DNA of 63,856 nt, filler included, from Octopus bimaculoides (GCF_001194135.2; 7 parts of 7 records of this genome joined end to end with filler, not necessarily neighbours in it); one strand, 5' to 3'; positions 12,540 to 25,118 are shown, counted from the first letter of the whole stretch. Translations and numbers: made by a program. The notes: generated by a model from the sequence alone, not told the origin.

Positions 12540-12892
12540 AATACAGAGGGTAATTGCCTTTCCTTCTTTATTTGCCAGAATACTTTTAATTGAAATATTT
12601 ACCGTGCTGCTATTGTGCAGATACAGATACGCCATTTCTCGTTGGAAACCCTTAGGATCAGGCACGTTTTGTATTTTGGAAATAGTAGTACAATATATTC
12701 ATAGGCCATATCCTCGAATACATGTCGTTGCTTCCTGAAATAGCCTCGGTAGATCTTCCGCGCGACTTTGAAAACAAATTTCTAATCGAAGGTTGAACCA
12801 TTAAAGTGAATTCCGGGGCCTAGCCTAGTAGAGCATAAGGACGTTTTAACCAACTTACCATAATTATGAGAAAAATGTCACTGGTTAGCTTA

Positions 12893-13817
12893 GAAAAATG
12901 AATATTTTTTAATGAAATTTTCTATCCATATATTATTTATTATGTAGATTCCGAATATACAAACATTTTTGGTGAAAGTGTTTTGGAATGGGGGTGGGGG
13001 ACAATTTTCGGAACTTCCAACAGCGTCCACTTAAATTCCTCTTAACTTCCAGGAAAATGAATATTTTTTGTGAAATTTTCTACAAATATACCTTGATGTA
13101 TGTACATTTTGAGCATGTAGGAACTTTGAAGGAAACAACTGCAGATTATTTTTGAGAAGTGTTTCCCACTCGGTGGTGTTTCGGAGCAAGTCGTCCATAA
13201 TTGTTTCATTTTTCTCTATTATGTGCGTATGTGCATCCGTAGATTTCTAATGAAGTTATAAGCAGAAAAGAGAAGCCGTCATAAGAAAACTTACGTTAAA
13301 AATAACATGCACACGATTTTTTTTTCTCAATAGAAGTAAATTCCAAAATAAACATTTCTAGTAGAGAAGTAGAAGAGAACAGAAGCAGCGTATTACTTCA
13401 TTACAAATCTACGGATGCACATACGCACATAATAGAGAAAAATGAAACAATTATGGACGACTTGCTCCGAAACACCACCGAGTGGGGAACNNNNNNNNNN
13501 NNNNNNNNNNNNNNNNNNNNNNNNNNNNNNNNNNNNNNNNNNNNNNNNNNNNNNNNNNNNNNNNNNNNNNNNNNNNNNNNNNNNNNNNNNNNNNNNNNNN
13601 NNNNNNNNNNNNNNNNNNNNNNNNNNNNNNNNNNNNNNNNNNNNNNNNNNNNNNNNNNNNNNTTAAGAGGAATTTAAGTGAACTCTGTTGGAAGTTCCGA
13701 AAATTGTCCCCCACCCCCATTCCAAAACACTTTCACCGAAATTTTTTGTATATTCGGAATCTACGTAATAAATAATATATGCATAGAAAATTTCATTAAA
13801 AAATATTCATTTTTCTG
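12893..13817. mobile_element. ~0.9-kb foldback/MITE-like inverted-repeat element (contains an N gap)
   Basis: About 12893-13045 is the reverse complement of about 13663-13817. About 13160-13260 is the reverse complement of about 13390-13490. Confidence 0.75.
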
Positions 13818-13869
13818 AAAGTTATGACCTTCCAAAGTCGGGGGTGGGGGGTACAACTCTGTAGTTATG

Positions 13870-15500
13870 CCTATTTCTATAGAGTAGTGAAGGGACAAAT
13901 TGTTAGAGTTATTGGCCTTGGTAAGTTTGCAGTAAACTGAGACACTTAAGGACTGAGAACGTGTGTGTGTATGGTGGGATGGGAAGAAACGGTTTGTACA
14001 ATGGAGTTGGCTGATGAGCTTTTACTACAGAACTACTCTGAGAATTACAATGTTTCACAGATGGAGGGATTCTTCATAGTCAGCAGTGATCCTTTTGGTA
14101 TACAAAACTCAGTTGGAGTTTAGGAGTTGGGTAAAGAGTATCTAGTTTGCAGGGATGGGTGGTTTGGTTCAAGCATTGCAGTTGTTGTTTTGTGTTTGAA
14201 CAGCTGTAGTGATGCTATGAGTAAAGCATTCAGGGCCATGTCGGATATGGGTGGACATACCTAAAAGAATGAGTGCAGTCACCAGCCTTGATCATTCTGA
14301 TGGATCAACAGTGAAAACTGACACCAAGATAGTTAATATAACTGGTGGAGCTGTGACTATTCACTTTACTCAAACTACTTAGAGATCCTGGTTATTGTGA
14401 TATTAAATGATCTGATCTCGTTTCTAAGTGCAAAGATGATTATGGGTTGGGTCTTGGGATAAGAAAGATACAAAGGTTATTTGGAATGATTATGAATCAA
14501 TTAGCAATGTGTGATGAGAGAAGATGAGTTGATGTAGAGAAATGAAGACTGAAAAAGATTCAGGTTGAACCTAGTAAGGGTGGCAGGGAATAGTTCTCCA
14601 TCTGTCACATCTGAATAGCTGTCTGGTGTCATGATATGGTTAAATCTTGCAGATCCTTACAACTGTGGATTTAGGTAGTGTTTGGAGGGTGGTTTGAAGG
14701 AACAATGGCAGTATAGAATTAGTGGAAAGTTCAGTCACTGTGTCTGCATCTTCAGCTACTTCTGATAGTTTAGCTAGATTTAAAAGACAATCGAAACTGC
14801 TATGCTACCAAATACATGACAACCATGATAATATAATCAATAGTGTCATTTCTGAATACTCACCATATCCTCATGACAACCATGGGGCTTTACATCAAAA
14901 TGTTATATTGTTATACATAATAATGGTCATATTTTGTCAATTAAACACACTACATATTTGGTCTTCTACTCAGCTTTATCATTATTCTGGTTTCTTTCTT
15001 AAAGTTCTTTCATCCCACATCCTGTGACCTCTTCAGTGAGTCTCTATCCCATGTCTCTTCTTGTCCTGCTTATTCCAGTTTGTCTTTCTCTGGTATGCAT
15101 CCATATATGCACAATTTGCATCTGTATAGCTATGTGTTTACTTACTACATTGTTTGTACCAGGGTCTTTTATATTTTTTCTTCATTCTCAGTCTTTACTA
15201 TGTCTTGTTTGTGTGTATATGGATTTATGTATTATCCTGTTCATATCTGCTTCGTTTTCTTCTCATTTTGTCTTTAGCCATCAGTTTGGGCAGTGTGGTG
15301 GAGTAGGGGTGATGTTCTTATTCCATTCAAGTTTTCTGTTGAGGTTCAGTCTACTACAACCGTATGTGCGGCCACCATCATCTGCCTGCATGTCATGCCT
15401 GGTCTATGTGTTGATAGTACACTTTGATCCTCTCTCTTTGACAATACCCAGGGAACTGCATGCAGTGGATGAAGTCTTGTACATCTCCCAAAAACTATTG
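13870..15500 (-). mobile_element. highly degenerate LINE ORF2 remnant (tentative)
   Basis: Broken minus-strand peptides such as YINYLGVSF (RT domain 7 KYLG-like) and KYKRPWYKQCSK, with many stops. Motif resemblance only. Confidence 0.35.
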
Positions 15501-15714
15501 GGTTCCTAGTAGAAGAGGTTTCTCACTCTACCCATATAATATGATACATGTGACCTAACAAGTAACCTTAAAAAGAAAAATTTACTACATTTTCCAAAGA
15601 ATACACAAAACATGTTATAAACATTTATAGCACTTTAATAACATTCATATACATAAATTCTTTAATACAAATATCACAACGAAATGGTTTTATAACATAC
15701 TTTCGTAGAAAAAG

Positions 15715-17088
15715 TCAGTGGTAAGGTTTATCTCCATCATTAACAGTACATTTATGAGTAGATATATAATCACTGCGAGTAAATGATTTACCACAAATAA
15801 TACAGCTGTATGGTTTTTCCCCAGTATGAGTACGATTGTGTCTAATTAAACACCTCAAATTAGAAAATGTTTTGCCACAGATTCCACAGTGGTGTGCTTT
15901 CTCTCCAGTGTGTGTACGTATATGCCCTTTTAAGCTGCCACTATTGGAAAATTCCTTCCCACAAACTTCACAGTGATATGGTTTTTCTCCAGTATGAGTA
16001 CGTTTATGAACTAATAGGACAGATTTTTCAGAAAATGCTTTCCCACATATTTCACAGTAGTGTGGCTTTTCTCCAGTATGAATACGTGTGTGTTCTGTTA
16101 AGCTGCTCTTATGTGAAAATTCTTTTCCACATATTAAACAGTGATATGGTTTCTCTCCTGTGTGAATACGTCTGTGTCTTTTTAAAGTCCCATTTTGAGA
16201 AAATGCTTTGCCACAGACTTCACAGTGATGTGGTTTTTCTCCAGTATGAATACGATTGTGTTTCTTTAAGCTGCACCTATCAGAAAAGTCTTTTCCACAA
16301 ACTTCACAGTGATATGGTTTCTCTCCTGTGTGAATCCGTTTGTGTAATGTTAAAACATATTTTTCAGGAAATGCTTTTCCACAGATTTCACAGTGGTGTC
16401 GCTTTTCCCCTGTGTGAGTACGTTTATGCCTTATTAAGGTACCACTACTTGTAAATCCTTTCCCACATACTTCACAATGATATGGCTTCTCTCCGGTATG
16501 AACACGTTTGTGAACTGTCAAAGATTCTTTCACAGAAAATGCTTTATCACAGATTTCACAGTGGTAAGGTTTTGAGTGCACACCTCTGTGTTTTTCACAA
16601 TCACTCACATTAGAAAAAGCTTTCCCACAATCATCACACCTATATGGCTTCTCCCCAGTGTGAGTACGTTTATGTCTTGATAAATTACCAAGTCGAGAAA
16701 ATGGTTTGCCACAGATTTCACAATGGTATCGTTTTTCTCCAGTGTGAATGAGTTGATGACTTCTTACATTATGAAACTGTGAAAATGCTTTGCCACAGAT
16801 TTCACAATGAAATGGTTTCTCTCCAGTGTGAGTACGTTTGTGAATCTTTATGTAACCTTTATCAGAAAATGATTTTCCACATATTTCACAGTGAAATGGC
16901 TTCTCTCCTGTGTGTATACGCTTGTGTTCTGTTAAATAAGCTTTTACAGAGAATGCCTTCTCACACACTTCACAGTGGTATGGCTTTTCCCCAGTATGAG
17001 TGCGCCTATGAATAGCTAAATTACATTTAGTAGTAAGTACTTTACCACAAATGCTGCATTTGTAACGTTTGCTCACTTTCTGAAACAT
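15715..17088 (-). CDS. C2H2 (Kruppel-type) zinc-finger protein, 457 aa, 15 canonical fingers plus 1 degenerate finger, no effector domain
   Basis: Repeated CxxC-x12-HxxxH with TGEKP linkers across nearly the whole ORF. In-frame TAA at 17104-17106 supports ATG 17088. Acceptor TTTGTTTTTCTTTCAG| places the exon start at 17211. Confidence 0.95.
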   Translation of the reverse strand: MFQKVSKRYKCSICGKVLTTKCNLAIHRRTHTGEKPYHCEVCEKAFSVKAYLTEHKRIHTGEKPFHCEICGKSFSDKGYIKIHKRTHTGEKPFHCEICGKAFSQFHNVRSHQLIHTGEKRYHCEICGKPFSRLGNLSRHKRTHTGEKPYRCDDCGKAFSNVSDCEKHRGVHSKPYHCEICDKAFSVKESLTVHKRVHTGEKPYHCEVCGKGFTSSGTLIRHKRTHTGEKRHHCEICGKAFPEKYVLTLHKRIHTGEKPYHCEVCGKDFSDRCSLKKHNRIHTGEKPHHCEVCGKAFSQNGTLKRHRRIHTGEKPYHCLICGKEFSHKSSLTEHTRIHTGEKPHYCEICGKAFSEKSVLLVHKRTHTGEKPYHCEVCGKEFSNSGSLKGHIRTHTGEKAHHCGICGKTFSNLRCLIRHNRTHTGEKPYSCIICGKSFTRSDYISTHKCTVNDGDKPYH

Positions 17089-18453
17089 TCTCTCAGTTAG
17101 ATTTTAGTTTTCTTTCACTCTATGAAGACATTAGTTGGTAGATAAATCTCTATCCCAGCACTGCTGACTTGCAGTATCCTCTGCAGAAATTCTTTCATCT
17201 GGAAATAGGTCCTGAAAGAAAAACAAACAAATAAATATTAGATACTAATGACCAAATATTTGTGAAATAACCACTTGTGTAGTGTGTGATTGACTATTCT
17301 CAACAAAATCTTATAAAGTTTTCATGATCAATACTCAATGGATCACACCTCTGATCTATATTGTCTACTTCTATGGTCTACCCCTGTATCTATGTTTATG
17401 TTCCATCAACCCTTCTGATACCAACCTGGCTGAAACTGCCTCTGGCTTTGTCGTAGAAATGTCTTATATTGAAAATTAATAGGAAGAAACAGCATCTCTG
17501 CAGAAATACGGTTAAAACATTTCTAGAAAATGTTCCCCAACAGATTGATTGTAGCTGTCTGTGAGTATGGTTGTATTTTATTCAACAAGCACTAATTTGA
17601 TAACTGAAATCTTCTATTCAGTTTTTGTAGTGAGTGAATGTGTGAGTGATTGACAGAGAAAAACCGAGAGAGAGAGAGAGTAATTATGTATGTATGTATG
17701 AATGGCTTCAGTGACACACACTCACATACACGCACGCACACAGGTTGTTTTAATCGATTTTCTCGGTAACTATGGGGGCTAGGAAAAAATACAAAGCGCG
17801 TTCCAATCTATGCACTCGTCTCCACATGTGTGCCATTTTTCACGCGAATCCACTCAGCCGTTTGGCCGTGAACCTCGAGACAAGAAAGAATACAACGGTT
17901 GCCCATGTTCACTTTATTTTATAGATTATGGAGCCTGGTTTTGTAAGAAGGTTCTTCAGACAAAAAGAATGGCACCTCAAACAGCTCCCAATAATCTTTG
18001 CTTTCAAGGGGCTAGATTTTAGGTGCTAATGATATTTCCACATTTTCATGGATTTTTAGGTCTTCGTTTAATGTTGGAAATAACTGAACTGTATTCTAGA
18101 AGTGGAATCATGCTTTGATACAATGCCATTACTATTGTTTACTTTCTTCAGATTCTAATCATCCAACCAGATTTTTGTCTAGCTTTCATGGCCCTTTCTA
18201 GTCCGAAAAGAAGGGCACCCTACTATTTGAGGTGCTTAGAACTTTTACTTTCTCAGTCCTTTTATTATTTGACATTCAACAGATGTTTTCTGGGTTTTAT
18301 GGAATGTCTTAAACGAGGGAATTTTTTGCATTAAATTTTTATCTTGTTTTCTTCTGACCATTTCAATAATTTGTTGAGATCATTTTGCAAAATATTTGGT
18401 AATTTTTGGTTACCTCACCCCACCCCTGTTTTATGGAAAATATCGTTACTTTT

Positions 18454-19175
18454 GGATCTAGTTCAAAACAGGGGCGCCAGTATTTTCTTAACGAAACACT
18501 TTGAAACTTGGGACACTGGTAGAATGTGTCATATAAAACATATTTTTCTTAGTCTTCTTTAGAAAAATTATTATATTGCAACTTATTTCATGTTAAAGTT
18601 GTCGTATTTCTGTAATTTCAACCAATGACTGACGTCCATTCAGCCGAATACATTAAGTGCTGACTACGTAAACAAACGATTCTCAAACGATTCTGGCGGT
18701 GATAAAATTATTATTTCCTTGTCAAAAAATGGCTGAAGCATATTGGCAGTAGCTAATAAACCTTTCTATTATAGGCACAAGGCCTGGTTTTTGAGGGAAG
18801 GGTTAGGGTTAGGGCAAATGTTGTACACATACAGTTCAGGCAGATGTTAACGAAATTATATTAAAAATAAAATGAAGGAAAACGAACACACGTGTGTTGC
18901 CTCTCTGCAAAATGTCAGAAGTAATGGAGATTAAATACGCTTTACATCGCTTAAACTGCCAAAGGAGTAACTGTAAACAGCTGAATACTTGTCAGTGATT
19001 GGTTGAAATTATCGAAATAAGACAATTTTTTACATGAATTAACTTCGAATACAAAATTTTTTTTCTGTTCTATAACACAAAATAGATAAGTATACGAAGT
19101 TTGAAAGTCTTTCGGTACCAAAAACACTACATAAAACATAAATGAAAACTGGTGCCCCCGTTTTGAACTAGATCC
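18454..19175. mobile_element. non-autonomous DNA transposon with 28-bp TIRs and 8-bp TSD
   Basis: TIR GGATCTAGTTCAAAAC(A/G)GGGGC(G/A)CCAGT at both ends. TSD TTACTTTT at 18446-18453 and 19176-19183. Additional internal inverted arms about 18590-18645 and 18980-19037. Confidence 0.8.
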
Positions 19176-21213
19176 TTACTTTTGGTTATCTCCTCCAACG
19201 AAGAAAATTGTTTAATCCTCAATACAAAAAAATGAAAAAATGAAACATCTTACTGAATCTGATAATATTTTTATAACCAATCACAGCAGACCTATTGAAG
19301 AGGCCAAAAGTCAACAACGTGTTGAAGTATTGGATCTAAAACCCTTTTAATCCAAACTCTTGTCACAACATAAACTCGATTTTTTAGTTGGGAGATAACC
19401 CAATTTTTTAATAGGGGCGAGATAACCAAAAGGTACCTAATATTTTCGATATTTTTATGTCATATGTGAATGCTTGTAAAATCATACACTCTTAAATCTC
19501 CTACGTCATCAGTGGAAGAAAAAAAATTGAAGGGCTGACATAACTCTCCTTTGGGATTCTGGGCATTTCAATTTGTTGAACCTGTTGAAACTAAAAACTG
19601 ATGAAAGATTTTGGTGCACAATTTGCAATCTAAATGCAAGATATTTTCCCTTTAACAAAAATATGTTCTTTGTTTCCTAACATGTACCTTCCTCGTAGAA
19701 GCTGTTCAGCCTGCAGAACAAACTGATGTACAAGTTTGATAAGAGAAGATGAAACCTTTTAAACCGGCAGGTTTTGTTATCTCTTACTAGAAATTCTTTC
19801 CTATTGATTGTTTACGTAACACAAGTTCAAGCTTAACAATAGAAGAACAGCTATGATATAAACGATAAAGCTACTAATTTCATTACCAAATATTTCTATT
19901 CTCTAATTTTTTTTATTTTTTATTAATGAATGTCAAGATTAGATTGAAAAATAATCAATAAAGATAATACTAATGAAAAGTCTAAGACTTGTACACCACT
20001 CGGAAATGTGGGTTAAAATAATATAATCAAACGGACTAAATGACGCCTCAGTCATTCAAAACTAACCTATTTAAGGTGCAAGATGAAAGTTGTCGGTATG
20101 TCATGTTATTTCAAGAGATATTCATCATCATCATAAGTATATCAGTGTATATTCAAATTTAAACAGCTGCCGTATTCGTTAATTACACTATTATATCCTC
20201 GAAATCCTTTCATAGTTTGGACAGTTGTCATATTCTTGTTTTGTCCAACTTCTTTCAAATATGGCAATATTTACGTTCGTGTAAGTAATGGGAAAATGAT
20301 AACAATCAGAGCTCTGTATTAGGTATGTTAGATGAGGGGAGCCCCCTGATCTCTTTTGTTTACAGTTATCACAAACATCAACGTATTAGTTGGTGGGCTA
20401 GTTTTGATTTCAATTAGTCGCTTTCAACAGTGTTAAAATAATTTAACATATAAATGACTGACATGCTAAAAACTTACAATGGGAAAAGCACTGGTTCCTT
20501 CATTCCTTCTATGACTTTATCCTGGTGACATATCTATTACAAGTGATCGATGTTTTGTTGTTATTATCATATCCCTGGAGATTTTCTAGGGTCTGGATCA
20601 TGATGAAAAGGCATAAGATAACAACATCAGAAAAGCAAGTGTCCGGTGTTAAGCAAGACCGGCGATTGAGGAATTTACTTTTTACAATTACGGAAAGCTT
20701 CCGCGAAGTTTCTGCTCCATATTATTATTGTTATTCGGGGTAAAACCCTGTAGTTATGCCTTAACTTGTAACATGACTTTAATTAGTAACATATCAAAAA
20801 ATCTACAATATCCAATGCCTGTATATATTATAGATTGATTGAATGGAGTAAGAATCTCGAACATGTAAACATGCTTCCTACGTTCGGTATACCGTCCTTG
20901 GTTATATTTTCGGATCGATTATCCGAAAAATCAATTTCCCGAACAAAATACTCCTCGCCCGTCTAGTTCGGATAATTGAGTTTGTACTGTCTACACAGGT
21001 TATGCTCTACAATGGAAGTAACAATGTCAAGAGCACCATCATAACTGATCCAAAACAGCCTTGCATTTTGGGAGTCCAGTCGACATCAAACCAACATCTT
21101 TGGACAAAAGTAATTTAAATAAAGGAGGAAGGGATGCTTCGTTGGATTCGACTTAGGACGGGGAAACAATTGTCGACATGAAACACATAAAAACACTTTA
21201 GAAATAAACGTCG

Positions 21214-21401
21214 TCTTACGTCAATATAGTGTTCTTCTTTGTCTATTTTCTCCTCAATAAACATCCGTTATCAATGGTAAATAGCAGCAAATACCGTCCA
21301 AGTGCCATCGTTTCAGTTCGTTTCAGTTGAGGGAAATGGTTTGGAGGAAACCAAGATGGCGGTGTACACATCAATTCCATTGGTCATCTAAAGTCACGTG
21401 G
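21214..21401 (-). promoter_or_regulatory. putative promoter plus non-coding first exon of the ZNF gene, module B
   Basis: ATTGG (21379-21383), 11 nt, then CACGTG within GTCACGTGG (21393-21401). YY1-type CAAGATGGCGG at 21352-21362. AACGATGGC on minus. Donor GAC|GTAAGACGACG at 21219. Confidence 0.55.
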
Positions 21402-22190
21402 CGTAGGCTTTTTTTTTTTTATCAGAAGGAATCTCTCAATTTATATATAACTTTAATGCCTTCATATTTCAGAGACAACTCTGTAGTGATTATCTCTGAT
21501 TATCTCACTAAACGTAATCCAGCTGTTTAGTATTGTATGTAATTTGGAAAGATTTTTATTTGCATAGGGCTTTTTTGTTAAGCTACGTGCTAATAAATGA
21601 AATCAAGTAAGGGAGATAAATGCAATAACTTGAAATCTTCGGAAAATATCGAAAATGTATTTCGGTAATGTATGTTGTCATTAAAAACAACTGGTAAAAA
21701 TAGCGTACATATTTATTTTTTATAACACTAGCGAACGATAGTCTATTCATTTGGCAAAACAAATAAGTCATTTTACTATTGGTTAATATATAGATCCGCA
21801 CCCGGTGGAAAAAATTTTTTTTAAATAGTGTAGTAGTTGAAGTGCACCGTATATTGAACAAATATGAAGGAAAAAATGCGCGCTGCGAAGGGGGGGGGGG
21901 CTCGGAAAATTCATACAACCCGAGCACTAAATCTCAACGTCCGGTCACAGGAGTGAANNNNNNNNNNAACGAAAATCATGTAATACTTCTAATGCAATGT
22001 ATATTGAACAAATATGAAGGAAAATATGCGCGCTGGCAAACGGGGGGTGGGGAGAGGGCTCGGAAAATTCACACGGTCAGCCCTGCACAACCCGAGCGCT
22101 GAATCTCAACGTCCGGTCACAGGAGTGAAACGAAAATCATGTAATACTTCTAATGCAATGTATATTGAACAAATATGAAGAATTTTCTTT

Positions 22191-22530
22191 TATTCTTTTA
22201 CTTGTTTTAGTCATTTGACTGCGCCCATGCTGGAGCACCGCCTTCAGTCGAGAAAATCAACCGCAGGACTTATTAAGCCTAGTACTTTTTCTATCTGTTT
22301 CTTTTTGCCGAACCGCTAAGTTACGGGGGCGTAAACACACCAGCATCGGTTGTCAAGCGATGGTGGGGGAACAAACACACACACACACACATATATACGA
22401 CGGATTTCTTTCAGTTTCCGTCTACCAAATCCACTCACAAGGCTTTGGTCAGCCCAAGGTGCCTCGCAGTGGGACTGAACCCGGAACTATGTGGTTGGTA
22501 AGCTACTTACAACACAGCCACTCCTGCGCC
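22191..22530 (-). mobile_element. tRNA-derived SINE, family A (internal deletion)
   Basis: Minus-strand head GGCGCAGGAGTGGCTGTGT...CCGGGTTCAGTCCC. Body matches 41941-42384. Confidence 0.75.
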
Positions 22531-23242
22531 ATTATAGAAATGTTTTTCATACAATTCTCTTTTAGGGTTAGGCACACATGCGCAAAAGGGAACAATTTGA
22601 CCGTTGGAATCATGGTCAAATGAATGTGTTCGACACAAAATTCCTTTTCTTTTGCGAACAAAAGGAATTTTTGCGACGAAGGCATTCATTTGACCATGAT
22701 TCCAACGGTGTGCCCAACCCTAAAAGAGAATCATTTGAACAGCGACAACCAGTAAAACGTGTGATTGTACACACAATATGACTTTGAAGAAGGCCAGATC
22801 GCTGGATGGATTTGTGTGGCGGTGCGGAAATTGTAGGGAAAGCATTTCTATAAGGACGAAGACTTTTATGGAAAAGTCAAAGTTGTCATTGCAGAAAATT
22901 TTTCTCATTGTCTTTCTCGAACATATTGCGGAAGTTTATCCACCCTAAACTCCACCAGCATGGCTTCTCCGAACACACTTCTCGACAAAACTCATTTTCT
23001 GCAATGACAAAACTTTATTTATTTTATTATTTATATCCTTATTCCTATTTCTTCTAGGTCCTTTAAAATTATTATTAGAGCAATCGTGGCCTACATTTTG
23101 GGCATAATATCCAGCTTTGCCGAGTGCCATGTTATAGTGGACTGCGTTTTTGTTAAAAATATCCTCATTACATGATATATTAGATATTCTTCTAAAAATA
23201 TAAACTAAAAAATTTTGCATGCATGAGCGTGATCGTTACTAG

Positions 23243-23555
23243 CGTCGCCTTCCAGGCATATGAAAAAAACATTCGAGCCTGGTCATTGCCAGTGCTGCTG
23301 GACTGGCTCCTGTGCAGGTGGCACGTAAAATACACCATTTTGAGCATGGCCGTTGCCAGTACCACCTGACTGGCCTTCATGCCAGTGGCACGTAAAAGCA
23401 CCCACTACACTCTCGGAGTGGTTGGTGTTAGGAAGGGCATCCAGCTGTAGAAACTCTGCCAGATCAGATTGGAGCCTGGTGCAGCCATCAGGTTCACCAG
23501 TCCTCAGTCAAATCGTCCAGCCCATGCTAGCATGGAAAGTGGACGTTAAACGACG
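23243..23555 (+). mobile_element. RTE-like LINE 3' tail (family C)
   Basis: Shares ...GCGTTAGGAAGGGCATCCAGCTGTAGAAACTCTGCC...CCATGCTAGCATGGAAAG..GACGTTAAACGA with 27310-27722 and 32492-32826. Confidence 0.75.
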
Positions 23556-24910
23556 AATTAGGATAATTACTTCCAATATTTATATACTTAAGATTGGAGT
23601 TAAGCTTGTGGAATAAAGAGCAGATTTTCAATCCAAAAAGGTATAATTATGTAGAGCAAATATAGACTTGAAATACAGGGGTCCTGAATGGACAGAATTC
23701 TGCTTTTATTATACACATGCACGCGCATAGCTGGCTTTTTTTTAGTTCCCATCAACCAGATTCACTCACAAGGCTTTGGTCAGCTTGGGGCTATTGTAGA
23801 AAGCACTTACCTAAGGGGACATTCAGTGGGATTAAACGCATTTCTTAAACCACTCAAATGATTCTTGAGAACCAAAACTGGAATAAATTTGCTTAGAAGG
23901 AGACTGGCTGTGTCGTTAGCTTCCCAACCACAAGTTTAGTCCCACCACTGGCACTTTGGGCAAGTGTTTTCTACAATAGCCTTAGTCTGACCAAAGACTG
24001 GTGAGTGAATTTAATAGAAACTGAAAGAAGCTTATCACGTGTGTGTGTAATCGACAATGCATGATAGTTATGTAGTTGTGAGTGTGCGTGATGTAACCAG
24101 TGACATCCATTTCCAATATTCTGTACAAAAAAAGTCTGGTCATGAGAAAATATTATTTTGCTAGGAAATATGAAGAGCCTGTAGCTGTAGAAAAATCTGC
24201 CTTAAACTCGTACAAACTATACAATCATGGAAAAGCTGACATTAAAACAATGATTACGATTATGATGATGATAATATCCCCACTTTGTTTACAACATTGA
24301 TCACTCAACAAAAGTATTTTCATTTCAATCTTTTATTCAATAATATTTTTTTGTGTGAGTTTCTTTTTTTTTTTGTTTTGATTTAGTTTCCAAAAACAAT
24401 TTTAAATGTACGAAGTGGCAGGTGATGGATTTTGGAGGGGAAAAAAAAAGGTTAGCAATAAACCAACCAAGATGTTTTTGGAAATTATTTAAAATTTTTC
24501 ATTTTTCATTTTTTTTTTTTTTTTAAATATTTTATTTTAAATTATTAAATGTTTCTACTAAAAAGTTTTTGAGGGTATTTTTTTTTAAACAAACCCCTTT
24601 CACCTGACCCAANNNNNNNNNNNNNNNNNNNNNNNNNNNNNNNNNNNNNNNNNNNNNNNNNNNNNNNNNNNNNNNNNNNNNNNNNNNNNNNNNNNNNNNN
24701 NNNNNNNNNNNNNNNNNNNNNNNNNNNNNNNNNNNNNNNNNNNNNNNNNNNNNNNNNNNNNNNNNNNNNNNNNNNNNNNNNNNNNNNNNNNNNNNNNNNN
24801 NNNNNNNNNNNNNNNNNNNNNNNNNNNNNNNNNNNNNNNNNNNNNNNNNNNNNNNNNNNNNNNNNNNNNNNNNNNNNNNNNNNNNNCTTGCCCCTTGTCT
24901 ACTGATCGCA

Positions 24911-24941
<31 letters not shown>

Positions 24942-25008
24942 ACAACGATTTTTGAAAAAAAATCTTGAAGAGGAAAAATGCTTTCCCCTTTTCTTTCATC
25001 TCCAATTT

Positions 25009-25118
25009 TTATTCCAGAGTTATTGTCCAGTTATCCATTATATTGACTCCAGGTTTGCGAATTACTAATACTTTGGTTTCAGTATAATATTTTGTTTCAA
25101 GAATTTTTGATGGTGATC
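25009..25118 (-). CDS. GANAB: glucosidase II alpha subunit (GH31), terminal exon
   Basis: Acceptor TTTTCTTATTTTAG|. Phase 1: (G)SPSKILETKYYTETKVLVIRKPGVNIMDNWTITLE*. Matches the GANAB C-terminal RKPG...W motif. Stop at 25009-25011. Confidence 0.85.

Noticed and set aside
15867-17015. Plus-strand ORFs of 195 aa and 78 aa
   Set aside because: Antisense shadows of the periodic zinc-finger coding sequence.
18800-18814. TTAGGG repeats (also about 33368-33385)
   Set aside because: Only 2-3 units, too short to call interstitial telomeric sequence.
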